Below, in pieces: positions 62,901 through 64,000 of a DNA stretch of 64,000 bases (the first letter of the stretch is position 1; each line of letters begins with the position of its first letter). The notes under the pieces are model-generated. The model saw nothing but the letters and a program-made list of their open reading frames with translations. It did not search any database and had not been told where the DNA came from. Position numbers and translations under genes: made by a program. The DNA is taken from assembly GCA_043228905.1 (NCBI GenBank), contig JBHGNT010000022.1, forward strand, positions 1,736,001-1,800,000, written 5' to 3'. The stretch is from Azolla caroliniana. Taxonomy: Eukaryota > Plantae > Polypodiophyta.

Positions 62901-64000
62901 ACGGCTTACGCGCAAAGAGAAAGGGAAGAAGAAGGTGTCGGATTCCGGCACGGATAGGTACGAGTCAGACCGACGCGAGTCCGACTCCGAGGGAGCCGGT
63001 GACAAGTCTTTAAAGATGAAGACTGCGTCGACCGAGAAGGCCTCGACATCGGCTAATGTGAGATTACGCCGATCTACCCGCCAGAAGAACCCAGTTGTGC
63101 GGTTCGGATACAACGAGTACATGGCGCATCATTATGCGTACATGACCCGTGTAGCGGAAGTGCGTGAGCCGGAGAGCTACGCAGAAGCGGCTAAAGACGC
63201 GAATTGGCGTGCCACGATAGAGGAAGAGATGCACGCATTGGCGGAGAACGAGACCTGGGACCTGGTTGACGCTCCGAAGGGTGTAAAACCGATCGGGTGT
63301 AGGTGGGTGTACAAGGTCAAGTACAACACTGATGGCTCGGTCAACCGGTACAAGTCTCGGCTAGTGGCAAAGGGCTACACGCAGAAACATGGCATCGACT
63401 ACGATGAGACGTTTGCGCCATTCGCGAAAATGACGACCGTTCGTGTTTTGCTCGCAGTAGCCGCGGCCAAGGGGTGGCACCTACATCAAATGGATGTAAA
63501 GAATGCGTTCATGTAAGGTGACCTTGAGGAACAAGTGTACATGGTACAGCCCCCCGGATTTCACTCTGGAACGAACTCCTCGGCAGTATGCCGACTAAAG
63601 AAGTCCCTTTACGGACTGAAGCAAGCCCCGCGTGCCTGGAACGCGAAGATCACGCAACAACTGCGTCGGATGGGTTTCGTCACGTCAAAATCGGACTCTT
63701 CCCTGTTCATCCAGAAAGGTCGACTCGGCCCGGTTAGTATTCTACTATATGTCGATGACTTGGTCATCACCGGCGCCGACCTAGGTGAAATCGACCGCGT
63801 GAAGCTCCAGCTTGCGGCATCGTTCGACATGAAGGATCTGGGAGACCTTCATTACTTCCTTGGGATCGAAGTGATCCGTACCCCCGAAAGCATATTGATT
63901 AGCCAACGTCATTACGTGCTGAGTATGCTCTTCAAATTCGGGATGGCCGACTGTAAGTCCATCTCGACTCCTCTGGACAGAACCGTCAAGCTTCGTCCCG
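59950..64000 (+). mobile_element. Ty1/copia element (same family as 26663-31772), runs off the window
   Basis: LTR 59950-60336, PBS 60337-60349, gag with stops, ORF 61387-63516 (PR-INT-RT start), RT YVDD near 63750. Confidence 0.95.

Overview
Repeat-dense plant nuclear DNA, probably a non-seed plant such as a fern (inferred from a PLS-type PPR fragment and Tcn1-like chromoviruses). No intact host gene is present. The window is a nest of LTR retrotransposons: several Ty1/copia families (one intact, very young copy at 9826-15193), self-priming chromoviral Ty3/gypsy elements (7569-19429 and a fragmented relative starting at 24016), and non-chromoviral gypsy remnants. The most notable structure is a 13-kb non-autonomous TIR DNA element (24399-37414). 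It has CCCGGGG-ended TIRs, an 8-bp TSD (TCTCTTTA) and TACA-rich subterminal arrays. It carries co-oriented fragments of at least five host genes: an uncharacterised conserved protein, an intron-less RPL15, SAM synthetase, SUD1/CER9 and a PPR gene. Other points of interest are compensated self-priming PBSs, a tRNA-like Pol III A/B-box module inside chromovirus LTRs, and an array of about 12 palindromes downstream of a PBS. Coordinates were read by eye and protein identities come from motif recognition, not database searches.
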